Positions 55,314-64,000 of a stretch of DNA of 64,000 bases are shown piece after piece. Origin of the DNA: a virus (Duplodnaviria; Caudoviricetes); the IMG/VR virus record IMGVR_UViG_3300025809_001850; one strand, given 5' to 3'. The notes below the pieces were generated by a model. It worked only from the letters and a program-made list of their open reading frames with translations, was not told the DNA's origin and ran no database searches. A program made the position numbers and the translations under genes. Every line of letters begins with the position of its first letter. Positions within the stretch are counted from its first letter, which is position 1.

Positions 55314-56483
55314 ATGAGTGAATTAAAAACATTATACAAAGTAGATACTAAAGGAAAGATTCGTCAATGGACGGTCAAAGTCAAAAACAATTCTTTTTGG
55401 ACAGAACAAGGTCAAATAGACGGAAAAATTGTTGTAAACAAACCTACCATCACCAATACCAAAAACGAAGGTCGTAGCAACGAAACTTCTCCTGAACAAC
55501 AAGCATTAGCAGAAGCATCTGCAAAGTACACCAAGCAACTTGATAAAGGATATGTTGAAAACATTGAAGATGTTCATAAAATCACTTTGTATACTCCAAT
55601 GCTTGCTCAGAAGTTTGAAGACAGAGTAGATGGACTTGAATTTCCTTTATATTCACAACCCAAATTAGATGGAGTTCGTTGTGTGGTTTATATGCAAGAT
55701 GGTGAACTTGTTGCCAAATCTCGTCAAGGTAAACCCATTGATTCAGTTGTTCATATTCTTGAAGAGTTGCAACCTTTCTTTGCAGAAAATCCAAACGCAA
55801 TTTTAGACGGAGAACTTTACAACCACGATTACAAAAATGATTTCAATAAAATCATTTCACTTGTTCGTAAAATGAAACCTGTTCGTAGTGAAAAGGATAC
55901 TGATAAAACTTTCGCAAAGAAACAAGAAAAGTTTGCAGTTGCATTAACTGAAGCAAAAGAAAAAATTCAGTATTGGATTTATGATGTTCCAAGATGTGGT
56001 GGTCTCGGCGAATCTGATGATTTTCATCCAAGGTTCTTTGGATGTGATTTTCCTGAATTGAAGTCATGTGTTATCGTTAAAACTGCAATCGTTAATGATA
56101 TGAAACAACTTGACGAATACTACGACACTTATATGGAGTTCGGATATGAAGGTCAAATCGTTCGTGTGAATGGTCCTTACGAAAACAAACGAAGCAAACT
56201 ACTTCTTAAACGCAAAGATTTTACTGATGCAGAATATCTTGTTATTGGAATTGAAGAAGGTGACGGAAATCGTGCCGGAACTGCAAAAAATCTTACTTGT
56301 AAAAACGAAGCAACGGGACAAACCTTCAATAGCAACATCAAAGGAACGCATGAATATCTTGCGGAAATTCTTAAAAATAAAGATCACTATATTGGCAAGC
56401 AAGCAACCATCAAGTATTTTGAATTGACACCTGATGGAATTCCTAGATTTCCATATGCAATCGCATTTCGTGATTACGAATAA
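55314..56483 (+). CDS. lig: ATP-dependent DNA ligase
   Basis: Motif I QPKLDGVRC, ILDGELY, GYEGQIVR, LLKRK, OB-fold TIKYFELTPDGIPRFP. Confidence 0.95.
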   Translation: MSELKTLYKVDTKGKIRQWTVKVKNNSFWTEQGQIDGKIVVNKPTITNTKNEGRSNETSPEQQALAEASAKYTKQLDKGYVENIEDVHKITLYTPMLAQKFEDRVDGLEFPLYSQPKLDGVRCVVYMQDGELVAKSRQGKPIDSVVHILEELQPFFAENPNAILDGELYNHDYKNDFNKIISLVRKMKPVRSEKDTDKTFAKKQEKFAVALTEAKEKIQYWIYDVPRCGGLGESDDFHPRFFGCDFPELKSCVIVKTAIVNDMKQLDEYYDTYMEFGYEGQIVRVNGPYENKRSKLLLKRKDFTDAEYLVIGIEEGDGNRAGTAKNLTCKNEATGQTFNSNIKGTHEYLAEILKNKDHYIGKQATIKYFELTPDGIPRFPYAIAFRDYE

Positions 56484-56486
56484 TCC

Positions 56487-56515
56487 TTGACAAACCATTA
56501 TTAAAATTATATTAT
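56487..56515 (+). promoter_or_regulatory. sigma70-like promoter
   Basis: TTGACA-17bp-TATTAT. Confidence 0.55.
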
Positions 56516-56524
56516 ATAAGAATT

Positions 56525-56758
56525 ATGATTATTATGAATGAAACTCAATTATCCATCGTAAGCAAACTTGAAAATATTGCCGAACGAGAAGAAGCAAAAG
56601 CAGACAATTTTTTAGCAAATGCTTTAAGAACTGCAACTGAAGAAGGTCGTTCCGAAATTCTTAATTGCGAAAAATCAGAATACGAACTTCTACACGAAAA
56701 ATCAGAATTGCTTGCAGATGTTTTAACTGAAATTAAATCTGATCTACAAGCACAGTGA
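56525..56758 (+). CDS. hypothetical protein
   Basis: 77-aa helical ORF. Confidence 0.5.
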   Translation: MIIMNETQLSIVSKLENIAEREEAKADNFLANALRTATEEGRSEILNCEKSEYELLHEKSELLADVLTEIKSDLQAQ

Positions 56759-56985
56759 ATATACACGAAATTGTTGACCGAGTTGCAAAAGACCCATATT
56801 CTGAAAATGTTAATCACGGTGGTCTACATCCAAGTTCTATTTTAAACATTATCAACGAAGTATTTTGGTCACCAAGTAATTCGTGCGACAAAGTAACTCT
56901 TGAAATTGCAAAAGAACAAGATGATCATCACATTTCAGTTAGAGTAATTAAAAAAGAATCAAATATAAACAATGCTAGTACTTGA
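56755..56985 (+). CDS. hypothetical protein
   Basis: 76-aa ORF, GTGA coupling. Confidence 0.5.
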   Translation: MNIHEIVDRVAKDPYSENVNHGGLHPSSILNIINEVFWSPSNSCDKVTLEIAKEQDDHHISVRVIKKESNINNAST

Positions 56986-57274
56986 GGAACCAGTATTTAA
57001 GATGAACAAGAAAAGGTATAGTCAAACTCCGATACACGAATATCGGATTAAGTATTTGACTACAGGAAACACAATTCCTAATTATCATTATTATATGTGT
57101 GAGGATGCCAACCAAGCACTTACATTTCAAATCGAAATGGCAAAACATAAAAAGTGGCAATTTGAGATTTTGAAAATAGAAAAGTTTTTCAAATACGCAG
57201 GTAAGTGGATTGATGAAAGTGATGTACTTACCGATAAAAATAAATATGTAACGAAAGATATGCACGATGAGTAA
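56972..57274 (+). CDS. hypothetical protein
   Basis: 100-aa ORF. Confidence 0.55.
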   Translation: MLVLEEPVFKMNKKRYSQTPIHEYRIKYLTTGNTIPNYHYYMCEDANQALTFQIEMAKHKKWQFEILKIEKFFKYAGKWIDESDVLTDKNKYVTKDMHDE

Positions 57275-57572
57275 TTTATATGAAGTTAATATACAAGAAG
57301 ATCAAGATACAAAAGATTTGTTTTTTGAACTTCCACCAGTTTTAATGAAGAATCTTGGATGGAAACCAGGTGACGAATTAAAGTGGGAAGAAACTGAGGA
57401 AGGTGGATTTCGTTGTCGTAAAATTAAATACGAAACCGTTGAACTAGATTTTGATGATGAAGAATATTTTAAGTTTCTAAGATTCGCACACGAAAGAAAT
57501 ATGAGTTTCAATGAACTTGTAGAAGAATCAGTAAAAGAAGCAATAAAAAACAATGAAAATGGAACAATTTGA
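57267..57572 (+). CDS. AbrB/MazE-like DNA-binding protein with C-terminal RHH-like part
   Basis: FFELPPVLMKNLGWKPGDELKW; AHERNMSFNELVEESV. Confidence 0.7.
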   Translation: MSNLYEVNIQEDQDTKDLFFELPPVLMKNLGWKPGDELKWEETEEGGFRCRKIKYETVELDFDDEEYFKFLRFAHERNMSFNELVEESVKEAIKNNENGTI

Positions 57573-57780
57573 ATCAGATATGTCAGATACTCATAATATC
57601 TTCAATGAACTTGAAACGATATTGTACAAGGTAGGAGATGCTCCAACGCAACCTACTGAAGATGAACTTATGAATATGCTCATTGGAGTAATTGATTTGC
57701 ACAAAGTTCGTTACGAAAAAATGTGGGCATCTTGGAACGAATTTCAAAAGCAGAATACCAAAATTGATATTACGGTATGA
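57553..57780 (+). CDS. hypothetical protein
   Basis: 75-aa ORF. Confidence 0.55.
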   Translation: MKMEQFESDMSDTHNIFNELETILYKVGDAPTQPTEDELMNMLIGVIDLHKVRYEKMWASWNEFQKQNTKIDITV

Positions 57781-57980
57781 ACAAATTGCCAACTTACACC
57801 GAGTTTACTAAAACATGGAATCTGGTTGACAAAATTAAATTTCATTATGATGTTGATCTTAATTTATTCAAAGGCAATTTATCAGAAACAATTTCGGAAA
57901 TAAAAAACGATGCTAAATCATTAAAAGAGTTTGAACAAGAATTCAAATTAAACCTACAAGAACGAGAATACATAAAATGA
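57777..57980 (+). CDS. hypothetical protein
   Basis: 67-aa ORF, ATGA coupling. Confidence 0.5.
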   Translation: MNKLPTYTEFTKTWNLVDKIKFHYDVDLNLFKGNLSETISEIKNDAKSLKEFEQEFKLNLQEREYIK

Positions 57981-58130
57981 GTGAAACAGAGACTGAAGAA
58001 GAAGTAACAATTAAACTAAGTTCATATACCGATCAATTTGGTGGAACACAATACAATTGGGATGCTATCATTGAAGAAGCAGAACAACAAATCAGAAACA
58101 CCACAGGTCGTGATGTCGGTGTGTGGATGA

Positions 58131-58406
58131 GTGAATAACATGAACGGAGATGCAATATCGGATTCTGTTCATTACGAACGTGGATACAACAAAGGAATTG
58201 ATGAAGGATTTATCAATGGACTAAAACGAGCATTTGAACTAGTTGGACAACTTGGTGACTTTTATGGCAATCAGGTTATAGTGGATGCTCCACCTGAAGA
58301 ACTAAGACAACACGCACATGATCGTAAACAACAAGCAAATGCTTGTCGTTATGCACAACACGTCATTCGTAAAAATGACTTTAACAATGAAGATTTACCT
58401 TGGTAA
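58131..58406 (+). CDS. hypothetical protein
   Basis: 91 aa; YERGYNKGIDEG Yae1-like repeat. Confidence 0.5.
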   Translation: MNNMNGDAISDSVHYERGYNKGIDEGFINGLKRAFELVGQLGDFYGNQVIVDAPPEELRQHAHDRKQQANACRYAQHVIRKNDFNNEDLPW

Positions 58407-58645
58407 TTATGGACACGATAATAAAACAAAAATATAAAACTACATTGAACCACCGTCTTGAATGTATTCAAGAAGATGTCGCAGTTCTTGTTGATTTTAT
58501 TGAAAAGCAAAATTTAACAGAAACATTTAAACAAATGACAACATTCGCAGATGAAGCATGGCATCACATCAGCAACATTGAAATTGCTTGTGATTTAAAA
58601 GATGATGCTCCAAACGACTGGAGTTGTGCTTCTTCGTGTAAGTGA
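58400..58645 (+). CDS. hypothetical protein
   Basis: 81-aa ORF. Confidence 0.5.
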   Translation: MVIMDTIIKQKYKTTLNHRLECIQEDVAVLVDFIEKQNLTETFKQMTTFADEAWHHISNIEIACDLKDDAPNDWSCASSCK

Positions 58646-58802
58646 ATAAAGTCGTTTCAATATTTGCGTGTGCTACAATCTACGGATTAGGATTTCTGCA
58701 CGGTACTAGTTCTGATAGCAAAATGGTGAGTTATATCATCTGTGCAATTGTCGGATATTTCGTGGGAACTAGCATCTACGAATATATCAAACGAAGTTAA
58801 TT

Positions 58803-59069
58803 ATGAAAATAAAACTTGGAGTGCGTGGTTCTTCTGATACGGTTAATTCGATTATCATAAAAATGGATGATCTTATACTTGTTACTGCTGATAACTTATT
58901 TCTTGTTGGTGATGAAGGCCGAAATAAGATGGGAAAGAACATAGTTGCTTTGCTTGATTCTTTGAGCAAAGAACATGAAATAGAAATCGGAGAAACGGTA
59001 GCACCCATGATAGAATTTGAACTGAATTTACAAGAAGGAATTTTAAATAAATTTATAAACAAAGAATAA
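58803..59069 (+). CDS. hypothetical protein
   Basis: 88-aa ORF. Confidence 0.55.
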   Translation: MKIKLGVRGSSDTVNSIIIKMDDLILVTADNLFLVGDEGRNKMGKNIVALLDSLSKEHEIEIGETVAPMIEFELNLQEGILNKFINKE

Positions 59070-59103
59070 ATTATGAACAAACTGTTAAATCTGAAAATAG
59101 TAG

Positions 59104-59631
59104 ATGAAGAAGAATAAAGAAGTCGGATTATTGCACGGAAATTTATTAGATTTTCCATATGGAATAAATGTTATTGCACATAGTTGCAACACTTTAAATG
59201 TAATGGGTGCAGGAATTGCACAACAAATTGCGGAAAGATATCCTGAAGCAAAACACGCAGATGATGTTGCTGACAAAGCAGGACGAAATGATTTAGGAGA
59301 TTTCAGTGTTGCTGACATTGAAATTGAAAATACCTCAAGTTTTCCACATCAAGAATTTGGAACAGATACACGAAAATGTAGCATTTACAATTTATATACG
59401 CAAGATAGATGTGGTCATGGTCGTGAAGTAAATTACGAAGCACTTTATCGTAACTTTCATTTGATGCGAAATCATCTTAACAATGATCCTGCTTGTATTT
59501 TAGGTTTACCACATGGAATTAGTTGTGGACTTGCCGGGGGAAGTTGGGAAATTGTATCAGCAATGATCAATACAATTTTTGCTACACCTGCAACTTATTT
59601 TCCAACATACATCGTAAAATACGAACCATAA
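59104..59631 (+). CDS. macro domain (ADP-ribose binding/hydrolase) protein
   Basis: HGNLLD, IAHSCN..MGAGIAQQIAERYP, NLYTQ, GISCGLAGGSWEIV. Confidence 0.9.
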   Translation: MKKNKEVGLLHGNLLDFPYGINVIAHSCNTLNVMGAGIAQQIAERYPEAKHADDVADKAGRNDLGDFSVADIEIENTSSFPHQEFGTDTRKCSIYNLYTQDRCGHGREVNYEALYRNFHLMRNHLNNDPACILGLPHGISCGLAGGSWEIVSAMINTIFATPATYFPTYIVKYEP

Positions 59632-59657
59632 ATTGATTTGCCAAATATATATATTTT

Positions 59658-60251
59658 ATGAAATTAACTGAATTAAAATCTGTTATCAAAGAAGAAATTA
59701 AATCTCTTCTTACGAATGTTAAAGTATCTAAACATCTTGAGTATCATCTTGAGAACCACTCTACTTTGGTTGAGGGGGTTTTCCGTTACGGATCAGACTC
59801 GTACCTTGATTTGTTCGTAGAAGCAAGAACTCTGTATTCACAGGGTAAAATTCAGTTGAGTGAGATTGATCAACATTTGATTGAAAATACTGATATTGGA
59901 TCATGGGGTGAATACAACGAAATGCGTGTTCCACTTGATTGTCCATTTCAAATTCACGAATCTGAATATCAAGGCAAAGATGTGGAACTCAATAAACCAA
60001 AACGAGGTGGAGACAAAAAGTTTTATGTGTATGTTAAAGACCCAAAAACTAAAAATATTCGTAAGGTATCATTCGGTGATACCACAGGATTAAGTGTTAA
60101 GTTTAAAGACCCGGTAAGAAGAAAAGCATTTGCTGATCGTCATAATTGTTCTACCAAGAAAGATAGAACCAAAGCAGGATATTGGTCGTGCAATTTACCA
60201 CGTTATGCAAAGCAACTTGGTATGGGAGATAATCAAAATACCTATTGGTAA
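59658..60251 (+). CDS. EEL-leader protein with conserved EYQGKDVELNKP..FADRHNC..YWSC domain
   Basis: Leader MKLTELKSVIKEEIKSLL; C-terminal basic domain recalled from large phages. Confidence 0.75.
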   Translation: MKLTELKSVIKEEIKSLLTNVKVSKHLEYHLENHSTLVEGVFRYGSDSYLDLFVEARTLYSQGKIQLSEIDQHLIENTDIGSWGEYNEMRVPLDCPFQIHESEYQGKDVELNKPKRGGDKKFYVYVKDPKTKNIRKVSFGDTTGLSVKFKDPVRRKAFADRHNCSTKKDRTKAGYWSCNLPRYAKQLGMGDNQNTYW

Positions 60252-60530
60252 ATGAATCCGTATACTGAGCAGAAAATTTGGGATAATACTTACCTTCGCA
60301 CATTCTCTGCGGCCACTCCTGAAACAGATTTGATATGGCATCTAGATAAAGAAGACCGTGTCATAGAAGCAACTCATTTTACTGATTGGAAATTTCAGTT
60401 TGATGATCAACTTCCGGTGTCGTTGAATAACTTGATTACAATACCAAAAAATAAATTTCATAGAATCATCAAAGGAACAGATGATTGCACAATTAGAATA
60501 ACCAAATATGCAAACGCAGGAATTTCTTGA
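60252..60530 (+). CDS. small cupin-like phage protein
   Basis: LIWHLDKEDR..WKFQFDDQLP..HRIIKG. Confidence 0.7.
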   Translation: MNPYTEQKIWDNTYLRTFSAATPETDLIWHLDKEDRVIEATHFTDWKFQFDDQLPVSLNNLITIPKNKFHRIIKGTDDCTIRITKYANAGIS

Positions 60531-61464
60531 AGAATTTGAAATCGCATTAGCAAACGAAGTAAATTCGTTTGAAAATAAAGTGCAGTATATGATAAAGTTT
60601 GTTCTTGGTAACAAAGGCAAACGACTTCGTCCGTTGCTTGTTCATAGTTGTTGCAACATCAAGTATCAATCAATGAAACTAGATATTATCAAAGCAAGTG
60701 TGATTGTTGAACTTATTCACATTGCTACTTTGATTCACGATGATGTAATTGATGATGCAACGACTCGTAGAAATAAATCAACATTGCACACTGTTGTTGA
60801 TACCAATGAAGCAATTTTGGTTGGAGATATTTTATTGTCCCACGCACTTGCCATAGCATCATCATTTTCAGATACAATGGTGTGTCGTGAAGTATCTACT
60901 GCAACTAAAGCAACTTGTATTGGTGAAGTCACCCAATCATTCGCACAAAAAAACTATTCAACATCATATACAGAATACGAACAAATTCTTGTGGGCAAAA
61001 CAGGAAAGTTGTTTTCGTGTGCGTGTCGTTTAGGTGCAAAACTTTGCAATGCAGATGAAAGTGTTGTGAGTTATGTTACACGATTTGCAGAAAATCTCGG
61101 AGTTGTATATCAGTTGTATGACGATGCAATTGATGTCTTTGGATCAGAAACGAATTCTCATAAAACATTAAAAACTGATTTGAAAACAAACAAAGTTACT
61201 TTGCCTGTTATTTTGTTGCTTGAAAGTTGTTGCGAAGAAGAACGTAAACCTATAATTGAGATGCTAACAAATTACGATACCAATGCACAAAAACTCAATG
61301 AAATATTCAACGCATACAATATCAAGCAAAAATGTTGTGAAATTATTGCCGACAAACTAACTGACATGAACACTTGCATTGCAAATGTAGGTTATTTACC
61401 AATTGCAGATAAACTAAAAAATATATCAGAAAAGATTTGCAATAAAATCAAATTAACTCTATAA
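60508..61464 (+). CDS. polyprenyl (octa/heptaprenyl-like) diphosphate synthase
   Basis: GKRLRP, first Asp-rich IHDDVIDDATTRR, GKTG, second QLYDDAID. Confidence 0.9.
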   Translation: MQTQEFLEEFEIALANEVNSFENKVQYMIKFVLGNKGKRLRPLLVHSCCNIKYQSMKLDIIKASVIVELIHIATLIHDDVIDDATTRRNKSTLHTVVDTNEAILVGDILLSHALAIASSFSDTMVCREVSTATKATCIGEVTQSFAQKNYSTSYTEYEQILVGKTGKLFSCACRLGAKLCNADESVVSYVTRFAENLGVVYQLYDDAIDVFGSETNSHKTLKTDLKTNKVTLPVILLLESCCEEERKPIIEMLTNYDTNAQKLNEIFNAYNIKQKCCEIIADKLTDMNTCIANVGYLPIADKLKNISEKICNKIKLTL

Positions 61465-61476
61465 TGGATTAATAAA

Positions 61477-61782
61477 ATGAGTAACTTAATTATACCAAAG
61501 ACAAACAAAGTTGAACAAACAATGCGTGACTGGATTGCCAAGCATAATCCGGATGCAATTATGATCAAAGGTTATGATCATTGTATCACAGGTCTGTCTA
61601 AAGAAGGTCGTGTTATTTACGAAGTATCGGACATCTTAAAAACTTTAGTGGGAATGGAACATTCGTGGAATTACAACGATGCAATAGAATGGTTTGAATA
61701 TAACATTCAGGGATCATTTTGTGATAAAGAAAATGAACCAATTTTTACATCAACCTCATTTACTTACGATTTTATAGATTAA
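61477..61782 (+). CDS. conserved phage hypothetical protein
   Basis: GYDHCITG..VIY..DAIEWFEYNIQGS..PIF. Confidence 0.7.
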   Translation: MSNLIIPKTNKVEQTMRDWIAKHNPDAIMIKGYDHCITGLSKEGRVIYEVSDILKTLVGMEHSWNYNDAIEWFEYNIQGSFCDKENEPIFTSTSFTYDFID

Positions 61783-61789
61783 AAATATT

Positions 61790-62221
61790 ATGACAACAGG
61801 AACAATAACTACAAATGCAGGCTCAATGAAACTTGAGTTTTTTGATAACGATGCACCTAACACGGTCAAGAATTTTACCGATTTGGCAAACAAAGGATTT
61901 TACGAAGGATTAACTTTTCACAGAGTTATTCCAGGATTTGTTGCTCAAGGTGGATGTCCAACTGGAACAGGATCAGGTGGACCAGGTTATACAATTGACT
62001 GTGAAACGCAAGGTGGTAATCAATACCACGACAAAGGAGTGCTTAGTATGGCACACGCAGGACCCAACACAGGAGGTTCTCAGTTCTTTCTTGTACACAC
62101 ACGTCAAGCAACTGCTCATCTTGACAGAGGGCATACGTGCTTTGCCAAGGTAACTGAAGGTTTAGATGTCATTGAGCAAATTCGTCAAGGTGACACTTTC
62201 AGTGTAACCATTGATAGCTAA
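61790..62221 (+). CDS. cyclophilin-type peptidyl-prolyl isomerase
   Basis: APNTVKNF, FYEGLTFHRVIPGFVAQGGCP, LSMAHAGPNTGGSQFF. Confidence 0.95.
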   Translation: MTTGTITTNAGSMKLEFFDNDAPNTVKNFTDLANKGFYEGLTFHRVIPGFVAQGGCPTGTGSGGPGYTIDCETQGGNQYHDKGVLSMAHAGPNTGGSQFFLVHTRQATAHLDRGHTCFAKVTEGLDVIEQIRQGDTFSVTIDS

Positions 62222-62336
62222 TGTGGCATGAAGCATTTTTCTATATCAGCATTGCGTTTACTTTGTTGATATTTTTGATGGCATTCATTTACTATTTAGA
62301 TGATGAATCGTAATTTTTTTTAAAACATATATATTT

Positions 62337-62792
62337 ATGAATATGGATATCAACGAACAATTTGAAAAACTAGTAGCATCTGATCTTACAGAAGGATCAA
62401 AGTGGTTAAAGTATAGTGATTTGCTTTTGGCAAAAATCCACGCAATAGAAAAAAATGGTGCAAAGTCGGCAGAAGTTAAAAAACTTGATAAAGAAATCAA
62501 AAAAGAAATGGATAAACTTGGCATCACCGAGGCAGTATCAAGAACCGGATCATCTGGAACAATAGACCTTGATGAATTAGAAAGAAAACCTCGTGTTAGT
62601 ATAAAATATTGGGAAAAACTTTTTAAAGGAAAAGCAGAAGAAGTATTTGATGGAATTCATGGATACATTGTATTGATCAGAGTATCTTCTGTTGTTACTC
62701 GCCATCAATCAAGTACATTTGAATATTTAACAAAAGGTCCTGATTACCGTTGGATTGAGTTTGATGACAAGTATATCAAGATAGGATTCTAA
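62337..62792 (+). CDS. hypothetical protein with I/L-x-E sites (putative processed cargo)
   Basis: DINE|Q, DLTE|G, GITE|A; ATATTTAT upstream; start may be 62343. Confidence 0.6.
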   Translation: MNMDINEQFEKLVASDLTEGSKWLKYSDLLLAKIHAIEKNGAKSAEVKKLDKEIKKEMDKLGITEAVSRTGSSGTIDLDELERKPRVSIKYWEKLFKGKAEEVFDGIHGYIVLIRVSSVVTRHQSSTFEYLTKGPDYRWIEFDDKYIKIGF

Positions 62793-63121
62793 TGAACAAA
62801 TCAGATTTAAAACAAGTTATTCGTGAGGAACTCAAATCGTTACTTGAAGGACAATACGAACTTTATCACAAGTCATTTACATCAGCAGCTGAAACTGCAC
62901 GTAAAGTTGCCGAGAAAAAAGGATTTGAAATTGACGAAGAAAATTGGACAACCGAAGTTGCATTCGGTGGAAAATACAGACGAGCAAGACCAAGTGTAGG
63001 TAAAAGTAATTCGTTTAGTGTTGCTTTAATTAAAAACGGAAAACCACAACGCAAACATCTTCACTTTCAAGTATACGGAATGGAAAGTGGTAGTTTTGAA
63101 TTAAACGCATACGTTTCGTAA
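62792..63121 (+). CDS. EEL-leader hypothetical protein
   Basis: MNKSDLKQVIREELKSLLE|G. Confidence 0.7.
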   Translation: MNKSDLKQVIREELKSLLEGQYELYHKSFTSAAETARKVAEKKGFEIDEENWTTEVAFGGKYRRARPSVGKSNSFSVALIKNGKPQRKHLHFQVYGMESGSFELNAYVS

Positions 63122-63333
63122 TGTCTAAACGATGCAAGGCACGAAACAAGGTCATTGCGGAATTAGACTTTATTACCAGCATGGCACAAAATCTGCGTGA
63201 AGTTGTAGATGATGCAGACTGGCCAAAAGAAGTGTGGGAAGAAAAAGCAAAAGTTCTTAAAGAAGTTCAGAACACAATTGTTGATTTTTTGAAAGATATA
63301 GATGATTTTGAAGCAGATTCACCTTCAAAATAA
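63121..63333 (+). CDS. hypothetical protein
   Basis: 70-aa ORF coupled to upstream stop. Confidence 0.55.
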   Translation: MSKRCKARNKVIAELDFITSMAQNLREVVDDADWPKEVWEEKAKVLKEVQNTIVDFLKDIDDFEADSPSK

Positions 63334-63372
63334 AAAAAAAATAAGTTTGTTTTGTAAAAACGATAAAAAATG

Positions 63373-63401
63373 TTGACAATTATGAATTATTTTCATAGTA
63401 T
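63373..63401 (+). promoter_or_regulatory. sigma70-like promoter with ATGAA-N5-TTCAT inverted repeat
   Basis: TTGACA-17bp-TAGTAT; TATGAA-TTATT-TTCATA in spacer. Confidence 0.7.
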
Positions 63402-63404
63402 ACA

Positions 63405-63479
63405 TATATATATTCTTTATATCACCATCATCTCCCAGAGTTGCCATTAAGATTCGTTCTGATGGCAACTCTTTTTTTT
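63405..63479 (+). ncRNA. candidate small RNA (about 70 nt)
   Basis: No ATG-initiated ORF between promoter and terminator AGAGTTGCCAT/ATGGCAACTCT plus T7. Confidence 0.5.
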
Positions 63480-63540
63480 ATAAACTAAATGAATCAGAAA
63501 TGAATTGATAACTTGGTTATATTCATATATATTTATTGAT

Positions 63541-64000
63541 ATGAACAAAAATAAACTGATTGATATTATATTAGATGTGATTACAGAGGAATGGGGTGCG
63601 GATGTAGACATCAAATCAACAGGTACTCATGCAGATAAAAGCATCACTAAGATTAAGAAAGAACTTGGATCATTAAAAGGCAAAAAACCTTTTAACCGTG
63701 AACGATTTTCAGAGTTAATGTTTGCTCTTCGTGCCAAGCAAGGATGGAAAACGGGTAATGGTGCAACAGGAACTAAAGAAGAAATTACTAAAATTGATAA
63801 AGAAGAATTAAGAGAATTGATTGAAACGGAATTAAGTGAGTTGATGTCGGAAAGCACCAATACACTTGATAGAGCATACAAAGTTTATTCATCAAGTTTA
63901 ACTGCATTCAGAGAAATTGCCATTAAACTTAAAGACAACAAACTTCAAAAGTTATGGCGTGAACTAGATAAGTTGCATCAAAAAATTACAAAACATCTTG
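63541..64000 (+). CDS. 3'-truncated EEL-family modular protein (not in ORF track)
   Basis: MNKNKLIDIILDVITE|EWG..KIDKEELRELIETELSELMSE|S; open to window end; ATATTTAT at 63529. Confidence 0.7.
   Translation, partial: MNKNKLIDIILDVITEEWGADVDIKSTGTHADKSITKIKKELGSLKGKKPFNRERFSELMFALRAKQGWKTGNGATGTKEEITKIDKEELRELIETELSELMSESTNTLDRAYKVYSSSLTAFREIAIKLKDNKLQKLWRELDKLHQKITKHL

Noticed and set aside
1-64000. Stop-codon recoding (alternative genetic code)
   Set aside because: Long genes are intact in the standard code, and gaps are filled by short standard-code ORFs.
1-64000. Window is a bacterial chromosome or plasmid
   Set aside because: Coding density of tiny unknown ORFs, strand bias, repeated strong promoters, phage-type ligase and hypotheticals, and isolated host-like genes without their pathway context fit a large phage better. 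No capsid or terminase gene is in the window to prove it.

Overview
This AT-rich window (roughly one-third GC by eye) is almost entirely + strand and densely packed with small ORFs. It looks like the accessory and late-gene region of a large (jumbo-type) dsDNA phage rather than a cellular chromosome. Support for that: an ATP-dependent DNA ligase, a macro-domain protein, a vWA/MoxR-AAA pair, tail-fibre-like proteins, dozens of phage-type hypotheticals, and about 21 near-identical sigma70-like early promoters (TTGACTTTTTATAA..17 bp..TAxxAT followed by a TATTGAGAGTGAG leader). Host-derived genes point to a PVC host, most likely a marine Verrucomicrobiota/Opitutales bacterium: SHD1-DUF1549-DUF1553, Tat-exported DUF1501, DUF1080, Aas, and a zincin with a Trp/Gly-rich Opitutales-type C-terminal domain. 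The most striking unexplained structures are: (1) a 5-kb array of 13 divergent paralogs sharing YP-x-x-N..W / DPWxR / (Y/W)TT-x-x-GK-x-(I/V)-x-L motifs; (2) a dispersed family with an MKI-x-K-x-x-LK-x-II-x-EEL leader and I/L-x-E sites that resembles capsid-targeted, protease-processed cargo, including a polyprotein-like member; (3) structured non-coding elements: twin covarying hairpins whose loops complement the early-mRNA leader, two promoter-to-terminator sRNA candidates sharing an ATGAA-N5-TTCAT operator, and a 77-aa membrane protein whose 3' UTR carries a perfect anti-RBS; (4) a swappable N-terminal anchor shared by two unrelated fibre/adhesin proteins. I found no tRNA, rRNA, CRISPR array, integrase or reverse transcriptase. 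Family assignments come from recalled motifs, not from database searches.
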